DNA of 48,323 nucleotides from Perkinsus olseni (Eukaryota): NCBI GenBank assembly GCA_013115125.1, contig JABANN010000241.1, positions 1 to 48,323 of the forward strand, read 5' to 3'. Shown piece by piece: positions 11,396 to 23,640 of this stretch (position 1 is its first letter; each line of letters starts with the position of its first letter). The notes under the pieces were generated by a model. It saw only the letters and a program-made list of their open reading frames with translations, ran no database searches and was not told where the DNA came from. The position numbers and the translations under genes were made by a program.

Positions 11396-13339
11396 AGTAC
11401 TTGGGTCAAGTAACTTGGCTATTCCCTGAGGTCGGTTCGATGTATGCAATATTTATGTCTAGGTACGGTATAAAGGCCTTGTATTTACTTGCTATTATTA
11501 TATATAAACCCCATAATATTGATATAAAATATGGGACTTCGAGAGAGAATCCTCAGCAGAGACCAGGGAGTTGGGTTCGCGTGTCAATGGGTCTTTGCTA
11601 TAGTCCTCTTTTAGTTATATTGTCGGTTAGTATCCGTACCTTCTTTGGGTTATTGTTGTTGCTTTCTTTGCCCCTGTTGTGCTTGTGATCCTTGCTCCTC
11701 ATCATCCGCAGTATCAGCGTTCTTTGAATTAAACTTCGGCGTTAAGAGCTAACTTGGCATGGACGAGCTTCCACATCACCCTGATGGTAAATTACCATTG
11801 GTAATACCATAATGATTATGGCACAATCTGGAGCACCTTCTCCCGGGCGCCGCCTCGCAACGCCAGTTTACCTGAACAAGCGATGGCCCCTTGATGGAAG
11901 GATATTTCTGAAAAGCCTGGGTTTCCCACCGGTATCCTTTGAGAGCCCTCTGCTGTTCATTGGCCAGTGCTGCGGTAGGCTTCATTCTGACCGAGTGTCG
12001 GTGAGCACTCCCCACTGAGGAGGTTGTATCCCGCGGCCTGTATTGGCATCCCCAGCTGAGCCTCCAAGTGCAAGTTGCACCTGAATTTCAGGTCCTGAAA
12101 CTTTCGGGCTGAAAGCTGGTCTGATCTGAAAGCGCCCAGGTTGTTGCACCGTGCAAAAAAATTTCAGACCAGCAAGGCAGGCGAAGGGTTCCCACGCAAT
12201 AGCAGTCCCAGTGGGACTGTCCCACACTCTCGATGCCGCCTCGGCAAGCTGATCATCGCGGGGTCGTCCAGGCAGACATCATCGACAGGACCAGAACGAA
12301 CGAATCGTTCGAAACGATACCTATCCTAGTGCCTTGCAGGGTAGGCCACGCTGTAACGAGTGCTGTCCTCATTGGCATCCAGCGGTCTTTCCACTGGCTG
12401 GGTGATGGTGCTAAAGGGGACCATCCTGAAAAATCATGTTTGACAAATGGAATGTTCGAAGGGCTTAAGGGTCGAGACTCGCCACTATTCTTGTGGAACC
12501 TCTATGCAGTGACCCCTTCCCTGTCGGCAGCCGATAATCGCCTCACTCAGGAGCCCTGATTCGGAGCGACAATATCGGCGATATTATATCGCCCAGGCGA
12601 ATGGTCCGAAACCGAAACAGCCAGTCACTTCCTCTCTTACTGCGAGTCAACATCGCAGTGACTCGGCCATCCATGCAGCAGGCAACAAGAACGAACCGAT
12701 CATACACTATTGCTGACTGATATCTTACTTTTCGCTGAACTGACCGAGCCTGTGGAACACAGGCCATAGATAGTGTAGTTCAGCGTGGCTTGCGAATTAC
12801 GCGTACGTGCAAAGCTCTTGTGTGTCAGAGCCCAGTGTGATTGAATGCAAGCTCCCAAAGAGTGGAGAGGGCTTAGCCCTCTCCACCGCTGTTCCTTCTA
12901 ACAACTTCTCACAACTTTCTAACAACTTGTCCGTACGGGACAAACTTCAAGTTTGAAACTTTTCGAGGACAACTTTGTGGGGAGTGAAACTTTGAGAATC
13001 CGTACCGAGAACGAAAATAATGTAGTTTAATGAGCCACTCACGAAGCAATGCCGCAACAGAAACTTCCTATTCGGTATATACCTATTCGGTGAATAACTA
13101 TAATAGTTATTCACCATCAGCAAGACTGCTTGAGGTGCTACTATAGTGTTACACTCTTACTAATAGTCTATTAGTGTATACTACCTCGTAAAATCTCACG
13201 TTCGCACTTTCTTGTCCCGGACAAGTTGTCCGTCATACAAACAATCGTGATCTGCTCATAGACACAGGCTAGCGAGAAGATGGTTTGAGCCGGGACTTCC
13301 CACTGCACGACGCAAATGCGTTCCATAGATGAGTATGAA

Positions 13340-13560
13340 TTTGTGCAGTTGCCACTGGTGCAGGAAGTGATTCGTACAGAGTCATACTGGTACATGTTTG
13401 ATTAGAACATCCCATTCCCGTCTTGCGCCAACTGGTAGAGTTGCTCCTAGTAAAGTATCATTCGGTACGGTTGCCACTCGTACAATGGCTTCACGTACCG
13501 TCGCTACTCGTACAGTGTCTTTCGATATAGTTGCTCCTCGTATAGTACCTTTCAGATACT
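13340..13560. repeat. Degenerate 15/30-bp periodic array (GTTGCnnCTCGTACA-like)
   Basis: Units start at 13440, 13470, 13500 and 13530. Similar in style to 23340-23640. Confidence 0.6.
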
Positions 13561-15364
13561 ATACGAGAGACTGCTGACTCGACCTAGAGTCAAGGTCCTA
13601 GACTAGGTATGGAGTCGGGCAGCTCTCGTGTCTTACTGAAAAGCGGTTTCTTCCAATTTCAAGTTGAAACAGAGGTGAGGGCAAACACAGATGAGGGTTC
13701 CAGGTTAAGCCAGGGAACTATACGGATCATGCTCGTACCAATTATTCTCTAAGAATTGTTGCTTAACCGAGCGATACTCACCGCTATCACCATTACCGGC
13801 TTACCGGACCGCCGTAAACGCCTTGAATCAAGGCGGTAACGGTGGTCCTGGCTACCAAGGTCACCAAGGCTAACGTACCCCAGTGGTACGTTAGCCGGAG
13901 TGGTACCACCACTCTAGTGCACATCCTTGTATTCCCGGCCTGATTGCCAATCAGCCCAGGGCAAAAACCAGTAGAATCAAAATGTTCAGTGCCATGCCAT
14001 GTTCCAACGACCTCAGACTCTATCCGCTAGAGGTTAAAGCCCGCTACAGTCCGGCGAACACGGCAGCCATTTGGCTGGTGGCCAATATCCTCACAAAAAG
14101 AACCTATTTCGCCAGGTCGGGTCGACTCGGCGAAATCCGCTGGAGCCTTTCCCCGAGACTTCACGAAAGAAGCTATGTGATGGAACAGACAACATCACGA
14201 ACAGCAAAACATGGTCATGAATACGACACCAAACTTGTCCCGACTCCACCGTATCCGAGGCTGCACCGTCGGCATCTAAAACTGACAAAGTAGGTCAGCG
14301 AGCATGCACGGTGAGTCATGGTCGGTGAGAGAATGCTAACAGTTAACTATCTTCCGCAAGCCATTCGCTACTTCGCAAAAAAAATTTCCAAGGTATTCTA
14401 GCGTTCCAGAAAACGTTGTGCGAGTTCAACTGTGACTAGGCAAATTCATGCGTGACGCGTACAGTTGTATCATATGAACTGGCCGGCTCCATAGTTCATC
14501 ACACGTCGAGGAGTATTGGGAGAAGGAATTTTCTCATAGGAGTTCATAGCGCGCTATACAGCTGCCACGAAACGTACAAAACTATTGAAGGACCTGTTAA
14601 CCTGAGGATACGAGTTTAATCATACAGCCATCTTTCGCTGCTGTCAGCAGACTCCTGCCGACGCTCCAGGATATACGTCAAGCAGACGCGGCGAACCATT
14701 GAAAGGACGAGTAACTCGCCTGTAGAAATAGATTCTACAGGCAATTATTGCTCACTTCCCGGGTGAGGTTGCTAGAGGTAGTTAGCTATCATTTAATCAT
14801 GAGTTGTGGTTCAAAACGTGGCAAATCAAACTGGTAGGAGACAGTAGTGCCTCACACTGTCTGCTCCTCAGCTATCTGCCCGAATGCCTCCGGATTTGGC
14901 TGCTCCCGAGCTCGGTCGACCGTCTGAGGTTCGCCGCAGGGTCTGAAGCGAGGCAGCGTCAAAGGGGCATCTCGAGAACGTCTTGTAAAGAATTGCAGCC
15001 TGAGAGCTCACCAGAGACGGTCCGCTCTAGGGCATGGTGATCTTGGCCGGAGAACGAAGGGTGTTCCGTATCATCGGCTTCGTCGTGTCTGAAGACGTAT
15101 TCAATGGACCATGAAATGTGCTGGCGGCCACGGAAGGGCCTAGCACTGCTAGGGTAGCAGGCCAGGCTACCAAATCTATGGGCAAACACTCACTTGCGTT
15201 TTCCCTCCTATTTTTGTAATTAATCAACTTCCTCTTCATTTCGTACCGAAATCCTGATGGAAAGAGTAGCAAACGTGATACAAACTGAGCTAACAGCTCG
15301 GTCGCTGCAGTGAACTCTCTGGGGGCCGAGCATTCTGCTAGAGTTCGGATTCGCTCCTAGAGTC

Positions 15365-16062
15365 TTAAGTGGCGACTGGGAGCAGAAATGCGATGAGTAA
15401 TAACCCACCCATCTTCTTCTTGGCCTTCCCTTCTTCCTCGGGTTCGAGGATCTCGTAGTCCGAATATCTGAGGCAGTCCATACAGATAGGTATCTGCTTG
15501 CATGAGTACGATGTATTCGTAACCCTACTCGTCACTATCTTCATCGTCAATTTTCTGCCGAGAATCGTTACTCCCTGAAACAACGCCATATACGATGACT
15601 TCAAAATAACGTCAATCAATTTTTCCAGCTACGAATATCGTTATATATCAAACTGTGATCCCGCTGAGATCCCAAGTTAGCGGCTAGCTATAAGCCGGTA
15701 GTACCGGCCCGGTACCATCGTTGGACTACAAACTTATAAATGCACCATGCGATACACAAGACTTGCATTGGCGATTCAGTATCGCGCAATACGCCAGGGA
15801 GATTAGAGCCCAAATTGACAGGCACAATCACAGAATATGATGATGAACCATCCGGAATGAACGAGGACGTGCGGGAGGCTATACCCAACGGAGAAGCGTC
15901 GAAGTGAAAATTTGTGATACCTTCTTCCTCGTGTTGAGAACTAGCGTCTCCCAAAGGGCCGTCTTCCCAATTAACCAGCTGCCAACTTGATTCAAGGTTC
16001 GAATCTGCAGACGGTGATCTATCCTGGATGAAAACAGCATCGTCTTGCTTGTTGACATTTCC
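15365..16062 (-). CDS. Possible hypothetical gene or pseudogene (two open segments)
   Basis: Stop-free frame 16062-15688 (GNVNKQDDAVFIQDRSPSADSNLESSWQLVNWEDGPLG...) and a second open segment 15619-15365. No start codon or family recognised. Confidence 0.25.
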
Positions 16063-16457
16063 AGTAACTTACTGACAGTAAGTTAACCAGGAGCTCGACT
16101 CAACATCCCAGCTAGAATACGACTCAAGTTGAGTCACTCAACGGGGGCGATGGGGCGGGAGATACCACCTTTCGTTCCAAACGAGTCGTCTACAGAATTG
16201 CGGGATACATTCTTGGTAGGAATCTCTCAGTAAGAGTTATCATTACTAAGTACTGGCATTACTGTAATGCCATCACTGTAGAGCTATTCTATTAATCAAT
16301 TCTTAACATTATCTGGATAAGAAGCTAACGAATACCGAGAGGCCCTCCCGGGGTAGGTATTCGCTAGAATCTAGCGGCTAGATATTTGATCACTTTGAAG
16401 AGAATAGGTAACATCAATACACATGAACGACTCAAACTCCTTTCTGGGGCAGTCAAC

Positions 16458-17215
16458 TTAGCCGTGACTCGCGGCTCGTGAGCATCTCTCACCCGTGAGA
16501 ATGAGTCGTCTTATATAACTTATATGACTCCGTGACTCACGGCCGCCCCGTCGGGGCGGCCTTTTCTGAACGGGTCTTCGGCAGGCACCGGACCCCGGTG
16601 ACCGGGGTGAAAAGACGCATGTGGCACATTCAGAATTCCATCTCCCATTAACCCTACCCTTAGTCTGTGTTTCCTCGTCCTGCGAGGTACTTCTCCGCGG
16701 CTGAGAGCGGTGGCTCTTCTCCAGCTCGGCCTGCTTTAAGCTCGTCGGAGTCTCGGATTCTGAAGCTTGAAAGTACCGTGCGATTCGCAGGATACTACGA
16801 TTCATAGTCTATGATTGCACTTCAACGGTTCATCATGAACCGGTGAACATGAACCGTTCATGTTCACCGGTCGAGTGACGGATGATGCACTATTTCAAGT
16901 GCACGGTACACTGCGGCTCCGTCCGCAACAGTAAAATCCACAGTGAAACTTACCCAGGTTCGCCGTCTGTTCCTCGGTTCCTTCTTCGGATTTCTTCTCT
17001 TCTCTCTTTATCACCTCTTCAGAAATTGAGCCATTCTCGCTGGGACTTTTATTCTCCTCAGAGGGAGTGGGAACTATTCGGGAGTAGACACAGTCTCTCA
17101 ACGGGTGGTCGCTAGACTCGGGGATGATAAGACGCAAGTCGCACATTTCACATTTCACCTTTCATTAACCCTACCCTTAGTCTGTGTTTGTGTTTCCTCG
17201 TCCTGTGAGCTACTT

Positions 17216-17250
<35 letters not shown>

Positions 17251-17636
17251 AGAGTGCTGGCTTGTCTCGAGCTCGGCCAACTTTAAGCTCGTCTGAGTCC
17301 CAGATTCTGAAGCCTCACAGTGACGGCACAATTTACAGGATACTATGATTGAACTTCAACGGTTCATGCTAACCGTTTGTGTGACGCATGTTGCACTCTT
17401 GGGAATGCTGCGGTTCCGTTCGCAACACTAAGATAACAATGAAACTCACCCAAGTTGTGGGTCTGCTCCTTGGTCCCCTCTTCGGACTTTTTCTCTTCCT
17501 CTTTCTTTACGTTTTCGGAAATCGAACTTTTCTCGGTGGGTTCTCTTTTCTCCTCAGAGCCACTAGGGACTACTTCCGGAGTGGACATAGACGACTCCTG
17601 TGTCTCCTCAGCCTTCTTCGCCTTGGAAAAAGTCCT
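16458..17636 (-). CDS. Low-complexity E/K/S/Q-rich protein or pseudogene built from a tandemly duplicated two-exon module
   Basis: Exon pair ...EEEKKSEEGTKEQTHNL / ASESGTQTSLKLAELE..Q11..QDEETQTQTK is repeated as ...REEKKSEEGTEEQTANL / ASESETPTSLKQAELE...QDEETQTK with homologous introns. Confidence 0.5.
17218..17250. repeat. (CTG)11 microsatellite, poly-Gln on the minus strand
   Basis: Eleven perfect CTG units, absent from the paralogous exon at about 16700. Confidence 0.95.
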
Positions 17637-18591
17637 ACAGCGACAAACCTAATTAATACCGCTCTTACTAGCCCCTATTCCGCGACAAGGCCAATGATCC
17701 AGTGATCGCCAACGATCGCATGATCGGATCATGACAAAGGCTATAACCTACAGGTTCCTACGAGTGTGTCATGACATCACAGTGTGATGATCACACTCGC
17801 AGATACTTTGTCCAGGACGAAACATATGAAAGTGGCGGTTACTAAGTATCTGCGTTTAGTTACAATGAGGAGACAATGACACAATCGCGCGACGCGATTC
17901 GCGTCTGTTCATCTCCAACGCTGTGCAACTTGCACAGCGTTGGAGCTGAACAGAGTCGTCTAGCAGAACTGTCGTGACGGCAATGTCATCTAGCTTGCAC
18001 AGTGCAAGCTAGACGACACTGTCGTCACGACAGAGTGGCGCAAACAGTGCTGACGTTGTTCAAGAGCAAATTTTCATGTTCTCCACGCTTATATCATTAT
18101 AGAGCCATTGCTTGCCATCCATTTGTCTCATAGAGCCGCTGCTGATTACCCAAACTCCGTACTACGGAGTCCGTAGGCATGGTTGAGCCTCGCTAGCTGA
18201 TCAGAACTCACATGAAAACCGATCGTAACCGATACGGCATGTACCAATAATATCGAGCCACTCGTTTTCAAGTGCGATCACCCAACGGGTAGTATCCATA
18301 TTGAGTGTGGCGGGCCTCGCGCCTGTAAGGCCAGGCCGCGGCCGATGTTTCAAGCAGAAGAAGATTATCTATATACTATACTCTGATCATTCGTGGACCA
18401 CGAATGAAATAATCGTGGATAATACGAATAGCAGTCACGAATAAAGTCAAGAACCGAATGAAGAGCATCGTTTGTAGAGAAATTTTAGACTCTAAAGTTT
18501 CTCGACATCATTTTTTCGAGAAATTATAAGGTTCTACTATACCACTGTAAACTAAATAATCGGAAAACTCCCATGAGTCATGGGCCATGAC

Positions 18592-19365
18592 CTACTTAAA
18601 GTCCTGAGACACGCTGACAATATTGTGCTGTAGTCTCTCTCGGCGAAGAATGGCATACTCATCTCCATCCTTAACGATGGCGATAACCTCAGTCGTCTTC
18701 GTCGTATCCTTAGCCCTCGTTCCCACCTCAACGAAAGACACGCTGCCCTCTCCAGTCGAGTCCGTCTCTTCGCTGCTATTAGTGCGCAGCCGCTGCCATT
18801 CACTTCCCCTTTTTGTGTGCCAAACGTCCTGACCCTTGGGCTTGAACAAAGTGACCGGCGGCTCGCTGCTCGAGTAAACGAGGGGTAAATCAGTCAAGCG
18901 GCCTTGACGGTCATCCCAAGGTTGAAGTTCTGCGTCCAGTGCAGTCATCCGACGCAGATCGTACGTGCTCATCCCAACAGTCACTTTTTTTCTGTCTTCT
19001 GATGTCCCCTGTTCAAATTTGAACGACTGCGTGGTTGTTTTCCTCTTGGCCTTCCCCAGGCCTGGCAGACAGCTCTGGTCGGCAGTTCGGAACTTTCCGA
19101 GAGCGGCTTTAGTGACTTTACAATTTTTCGTCACACGGGACAGCGGCTCCGCTTTTTCGTTGTATTTTATCTCGTGCAAGAGGAGTCTATCGGGCTCGGC
19201 TCCTCCCTTCGGAATGACCGCACAGAACGCTTCCTCGCGGGTCTGCACTGCGTCTATCTTTTCCGTGGGTGGTGGAAAGATTTGGCACCAGACCGAGTCC
19301 TGATGGGCCTCGATGACGGGATGGTTGCCCAACATGTAGCTGATTACACCGAGGAGAGCTAGCAT
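18592..19365 (-). CDS. Single-exon hypothetical protein, probably secreted (257 aa)
   Basis: Intact ATG-initiated ORF with a hydrophobic N-terminus (MLALLGVISYMLG). No family recognised. Confidence 0.65.
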   Translation of the reverse strand: MLALLGVISYMLGNHPVIEAHQDSVWCQIFPPPTEKIDAVQTREEAFCAVIPKGGAEPDRLLLHEIKYNEKAEPLSRVTKNCKVTKAALGKFRTADQSCLPGLGKAKRKTTTQSFKFEQGTSEDRKKVTVGMSTYDLRRMTALDAELQPWDDRQGRLTDLPLVYSSSEPPVTLFKPKGQDVWHTKRGSEWQRLRTNSSEETDSTGEGSVSFVEVGTRAKDTTKTTEVIAIVKDGDEYAILRRERLQHNIVSVSQDFK

Positions 19366-22300
19366 GGCGTGGAGATGACCAGTCTAGAAAAGTATAACCC
19401 CTGTTAAAACACCTGTGCTTTCCTGTTACTATTCTTACTGTTAGTATTCTTTCACAAACTAGTTACTGCGGACCTCAAAATGGAATCCGGCGGTCATGCT
19501 TACATGTAAGATGCGGTCTCAGAATCGACTCTGGGTTTCACAATCAGCTTATCGAACACGCCCTTAAGCGATACGTCGGAGCGGCTTGGGTGGAAGCACG
19601 AAAGAATCACGGAAAAGTTTACTTTCGCGCGGCCATCGCTGAGGGTCGAGAATCTCGAGGTCACGAATGGGTTAGGCCAGTACTCGGCGAGTACCTTGCG
19701 GAAGAGGCGGTATTGCAATCAATGCAGATAAATGAGTTGTCATAGCTTGGCCACGGGAGAGGGAAAGTTGGAAAATTAACTCTGGACCCAGCATCGGGCT
19801 AAATCGATCAACTTGCGTTTTTCATGCAAAACGTGCAACTTCCGCCCTCCAGCGCATGATTGCATGATTGCTTGGCCGCCATGCGAATTGAGATTGGTTA
19901 ACCTCTGCTTATTCTCCTCAGAGCTTCGATTCGTCAACCTCGCACGCTTTCCTAAGGTGTTGATCTCTCACTGAGGTTTTCAATCGGCATTGTTTACGTG
20001 GGTTGTAAAGTTTTGTTTTACTCTCATCATGGACGCCCTCAGCAGTACCCATCGAACGCCCGAAACTAACGGTCCCCTCAATGTGGATTCATCAGAGGAC
20101 GGTAGTGAGCTGGAGGGGAGAACGCATCCAACCTTGCAGCGTAGAAATGCGCTCGGGTTCCGATACGCAAGACTTAGATGCACTGAATGCAAGCACTTCA
20201 AGCTCTCCCCTCTTCTACTATATAGCGGATTTTGGGACGCGTGGTTCGACTTTTGCCGGTTCTAGTATGAGGACGTAGCCCGGATTACCGCGTTCCCTAG
20301 TTCGCTACATCGAGCTTGCCCAGACCTTCTGTTGCACGCGAAGTTGGGTAGTCAAACTCAGATGAAACCAATCTCGCATGATGATCGAGTGCTGGTGAGT
20401 AATACTCACTGAGTATAGTTTCCATCGCCTTGATATCTTATACTACGGTAGTATAAGATATCCACGCGATGGAGTATTACTACGGTAGTATTACTACCTC
20501 ACCACGATGAACTCGAAACCTTCGCCGGGTCAGGCTCATCTTCGCAGGTTCACTGGAGCCGATTCGGTCGAGTGCAGACCTCTGTGCATATTGCTTTGAC
20601 GTACTGCGAGCTTACTATAAATTAGAGTCGCGATTCCGAATGAGCAAAAACATCGAGGACGATCTTCCGGACATGTAGTGTTACGTTGAGCGACCGATTC
20701 GCATGCGTCGTCGTCTCTAGGCCTGAGAATCTTCACCCGGAGGTCATGACGGATGGTATCTTTGTAACCTGGGACAAGCGAAGTCCTTCCACTAAGTAGC
20801 TGCAGGGAGCGGTTGTCATTGATGCAGCATAATGGCGGAGGGTTAGGTCGCACAAGAGCGAGAAGGGCGATTATCATACGCTGCGCGGGTGTATCGGATT
20901 TTTACTGCCCATCAAACTTGGACAGCTCAAGAGGTACTACGGGCTAGCAGGTGGTAAGGACATAGTTAGCGACTCGAAAGTATATCTGCCATTTACCGCT
21001 ATAACTTATAGTGAAACATAGCATAGTCTACAAGTCTCTCCTTATAGTCTATAAGAAGTTATAAATGTACCGCTTAATTTACTCATGCTGGCCTGAAGAA
21101 TATTTTACATGTGAAACCATTATGGACCCATAATTCACGATTCGATAACTCTACCCGGTCATAGTCGGTACGCATCTGAAGGCACTGATACCTGCGAAAG
21201 TGTGGTTCAGGAAGATGCGCTGAGCGCATCGCGCTCGTAGTACGAGCCCCGTACTATGGCTAGCGCTGGGTGCGGTCGTCCTGGGTATACCTGGCAGAGG
21301 AAGATGCATGTCACACAGTGTGACTCACACTCAGGTATTCGATCGTGTCGTCTCAGGAGGATCGGAGGTTTAGGCCGATATCCCAATCGGAATTGAAAGA
21401 TCTCATGTGCACAGTCAGCGTAAGTTGGAGCTACCGCATGACACTCATAGACTGGACCCATATCTGGATCAATACCGTTATAAGTTCTACTTGGAGCGTG
21501 TGGATTGAACCCCATCTCGATCGATGAGCAGCTTAAGCGATAGCGCTACAACTTGGGCTACATAAGTCCATAATATGGTGGCTGAAATTCACTGCTCTGG
21601 AGTGATGAATGCTTCAGCGCAGAGGGGAAACTGACGACCTCGAAGTCTGAGTAAACCATCAGTATCTGTTGTAACGGGCGAAACACTGCACTCGGAGTGC
21701 CGCATTCTGCGTTTGAATGATTGAGGGTAGAGCGGGGGTCTTATCGCGTAGCCGGAAGAAAGAGCAACCGGGGGTGGAATATCACTTAAGGCTGGATCAC
21801 TTATCACTCATCGAGCTAGATGCTCTCTTTTTTTGAAAGGTACTTCACAGTTTTGAAGACCTGGGTTCTGATATCTATAATTGGAGCCCTGACGGTACAC
21901 ATGGCATCATTGTCAAATACACCATCCCCGGAGAATCCCGCGCGTAATTGGTGGTATTGGGCGGAATTTGGTCTGCCCGCTTAATCCCGAGAGTGTCCTG
22001 AAGCGCTGACTCACGGTCCTTGGTGGTTCAAAGGCGGGCATCAGATCTGATTTGGAACGTGCATCATCTAGGGGCCTATTGAGTCGTTCGGTGCTGTTCA
22101 GTCGCAGCGCTACATTCCTACCGAATGTGATGCCAGAGCAGCTCTGGGACCAGGTTCACGCAGTGAGCAGGGCCATCATGAAGGGTATGGCAGTGCTGAA
22201 CCTGATTAAAAGGGGTTGACCTTCATTTTATCAGGTGGTGGATCGTCTCGCGATGCCCAGCACCCGGAGGCTTTGCACACTACCGTACAGAGATATCAAT

Positions 22301-23339
22301 CCTCGAAGTAAGCTGGGAGCAGCTGTCACTTCGCTACCAGCAAATACCAAACGTTGACCGAATCGCGTTTCACGCTAGTAATTCACTAAGTAATTCTCTC
22401 GTTCCAAGAGGGGAAAGACTGTTTCCTTCTGAGTGACCGGTGAGGGTAGCACGGTGCTGCCAGCACTCCGATCTCTGTCAGGTTCTCCCTTACTTTCGAA
22501 GAGTATGCGCAAATGCGTGGCATCGCGACATTCGACCAGTAATGACCGGCAGGGTGGCCATTGTATATAAAAAAGAAGCAGAATTACCCGTGCATTACAC
22601 CACTGTGCAGTTTCATATACTAAAATTCCTTTGAAGAACGAACCTACCCCCCTTAACATCGTCGAAGCTGTGAGGGGTTGTTTAGCTTAATTAGTGTTGA
22701 GTGAGTGAATCAACGAACGATACCGGTCCGGTGATACGCGAAGTAGGCTGGGAGGTCAAGGCTCTTCGCAGATGTTCTACAGTAAGAGCTTTCCTTGAGA
22801 TTCGAGACTCTCGAATCGAGAGGCCCGCAATAAGAAATGTACTACCAACCCTCGAGTGGATGAATGCAGTGAATGCAAGTCTCGGGGTGAGCATAGGGCA
22901 TTAAGGTGGGCCTTGAGATCGAAATCCGAGGCTATCCATTTCCAGGGACCCTGTGACATGAGCGACCCGCCCGAGACGAGTACACTCATCACTGCCACGC
23001 GCACCGTGCACGGTTTCTGTCTGCAATCGTACGACTGAAGCGAATCGCTTCAGTCGTACGGTTGCAGTGGTATACTATAGGAAAAACATTCTCAGAGTCG
23101 CAGCAATCCTGCGCCGGGCTTAGCCGTTGTGAGTGGCACTCACTGAGTGCAATCAATCTCAGGCTTGTCGAGGAGCTCGACTCGAGACACTCGACTTTAG
23201 TGAAGACGCCAGCGGTCACTGACCACCTCGTCTACTGGTCAAGAGAGTCACTTATATCCGAACTGAATTAATCTAACAGCTTGATCGTTACTTTCAACTC
23301 AAATGGAGCCATCCCCAAGCAAATAAGAGTCCCTACTGT

Positions 23340-23640
23340 CAAATACTGGGTGTATCACGATCGGTACGCTTGGAATTCGTACACTGAAAGTTGGTACACG
23401 GTGTGCGCTACACCGACAATGCGCACACCATCACAGCTGGTATACTTAGAAATGGTACACTGTTACAATGGTACAAGGTATTGTAGGCAAAGTTGGTACA
23501 CAGAAAGCTCTCATCCGTAGGGAAAGTTTCCCTGGGAAACTGATACACCTTCAACTCGTACATGGTAAGTTCGTACACTTACAACTCGTACACTGGCATC
23601 TGGTACACGGATATCTCGTATACTTCCACAGTCGTACATT
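23340..23640. repeat. 15-bp periodic (C/G)GTACA array, possibly DNA-transposon subterminal repeats
   Basis: CTCGTACA, TTCGTACA and CTGGTACA recur every 15 nt at 23540-23640. Confidence 0.6.

Noticed and set aside
11700-12560. Possible degenerate transposase or gene
   Set aside because: All frames are interrupted and no recognisable motif was found by eye. A translated search would be needed.
14415-14435. CACAGTTGAACTCG on the minus strand as a Transib or Tc1-like terminal repeat
   Set aside because: No partner end or target-site duplication found in the window.
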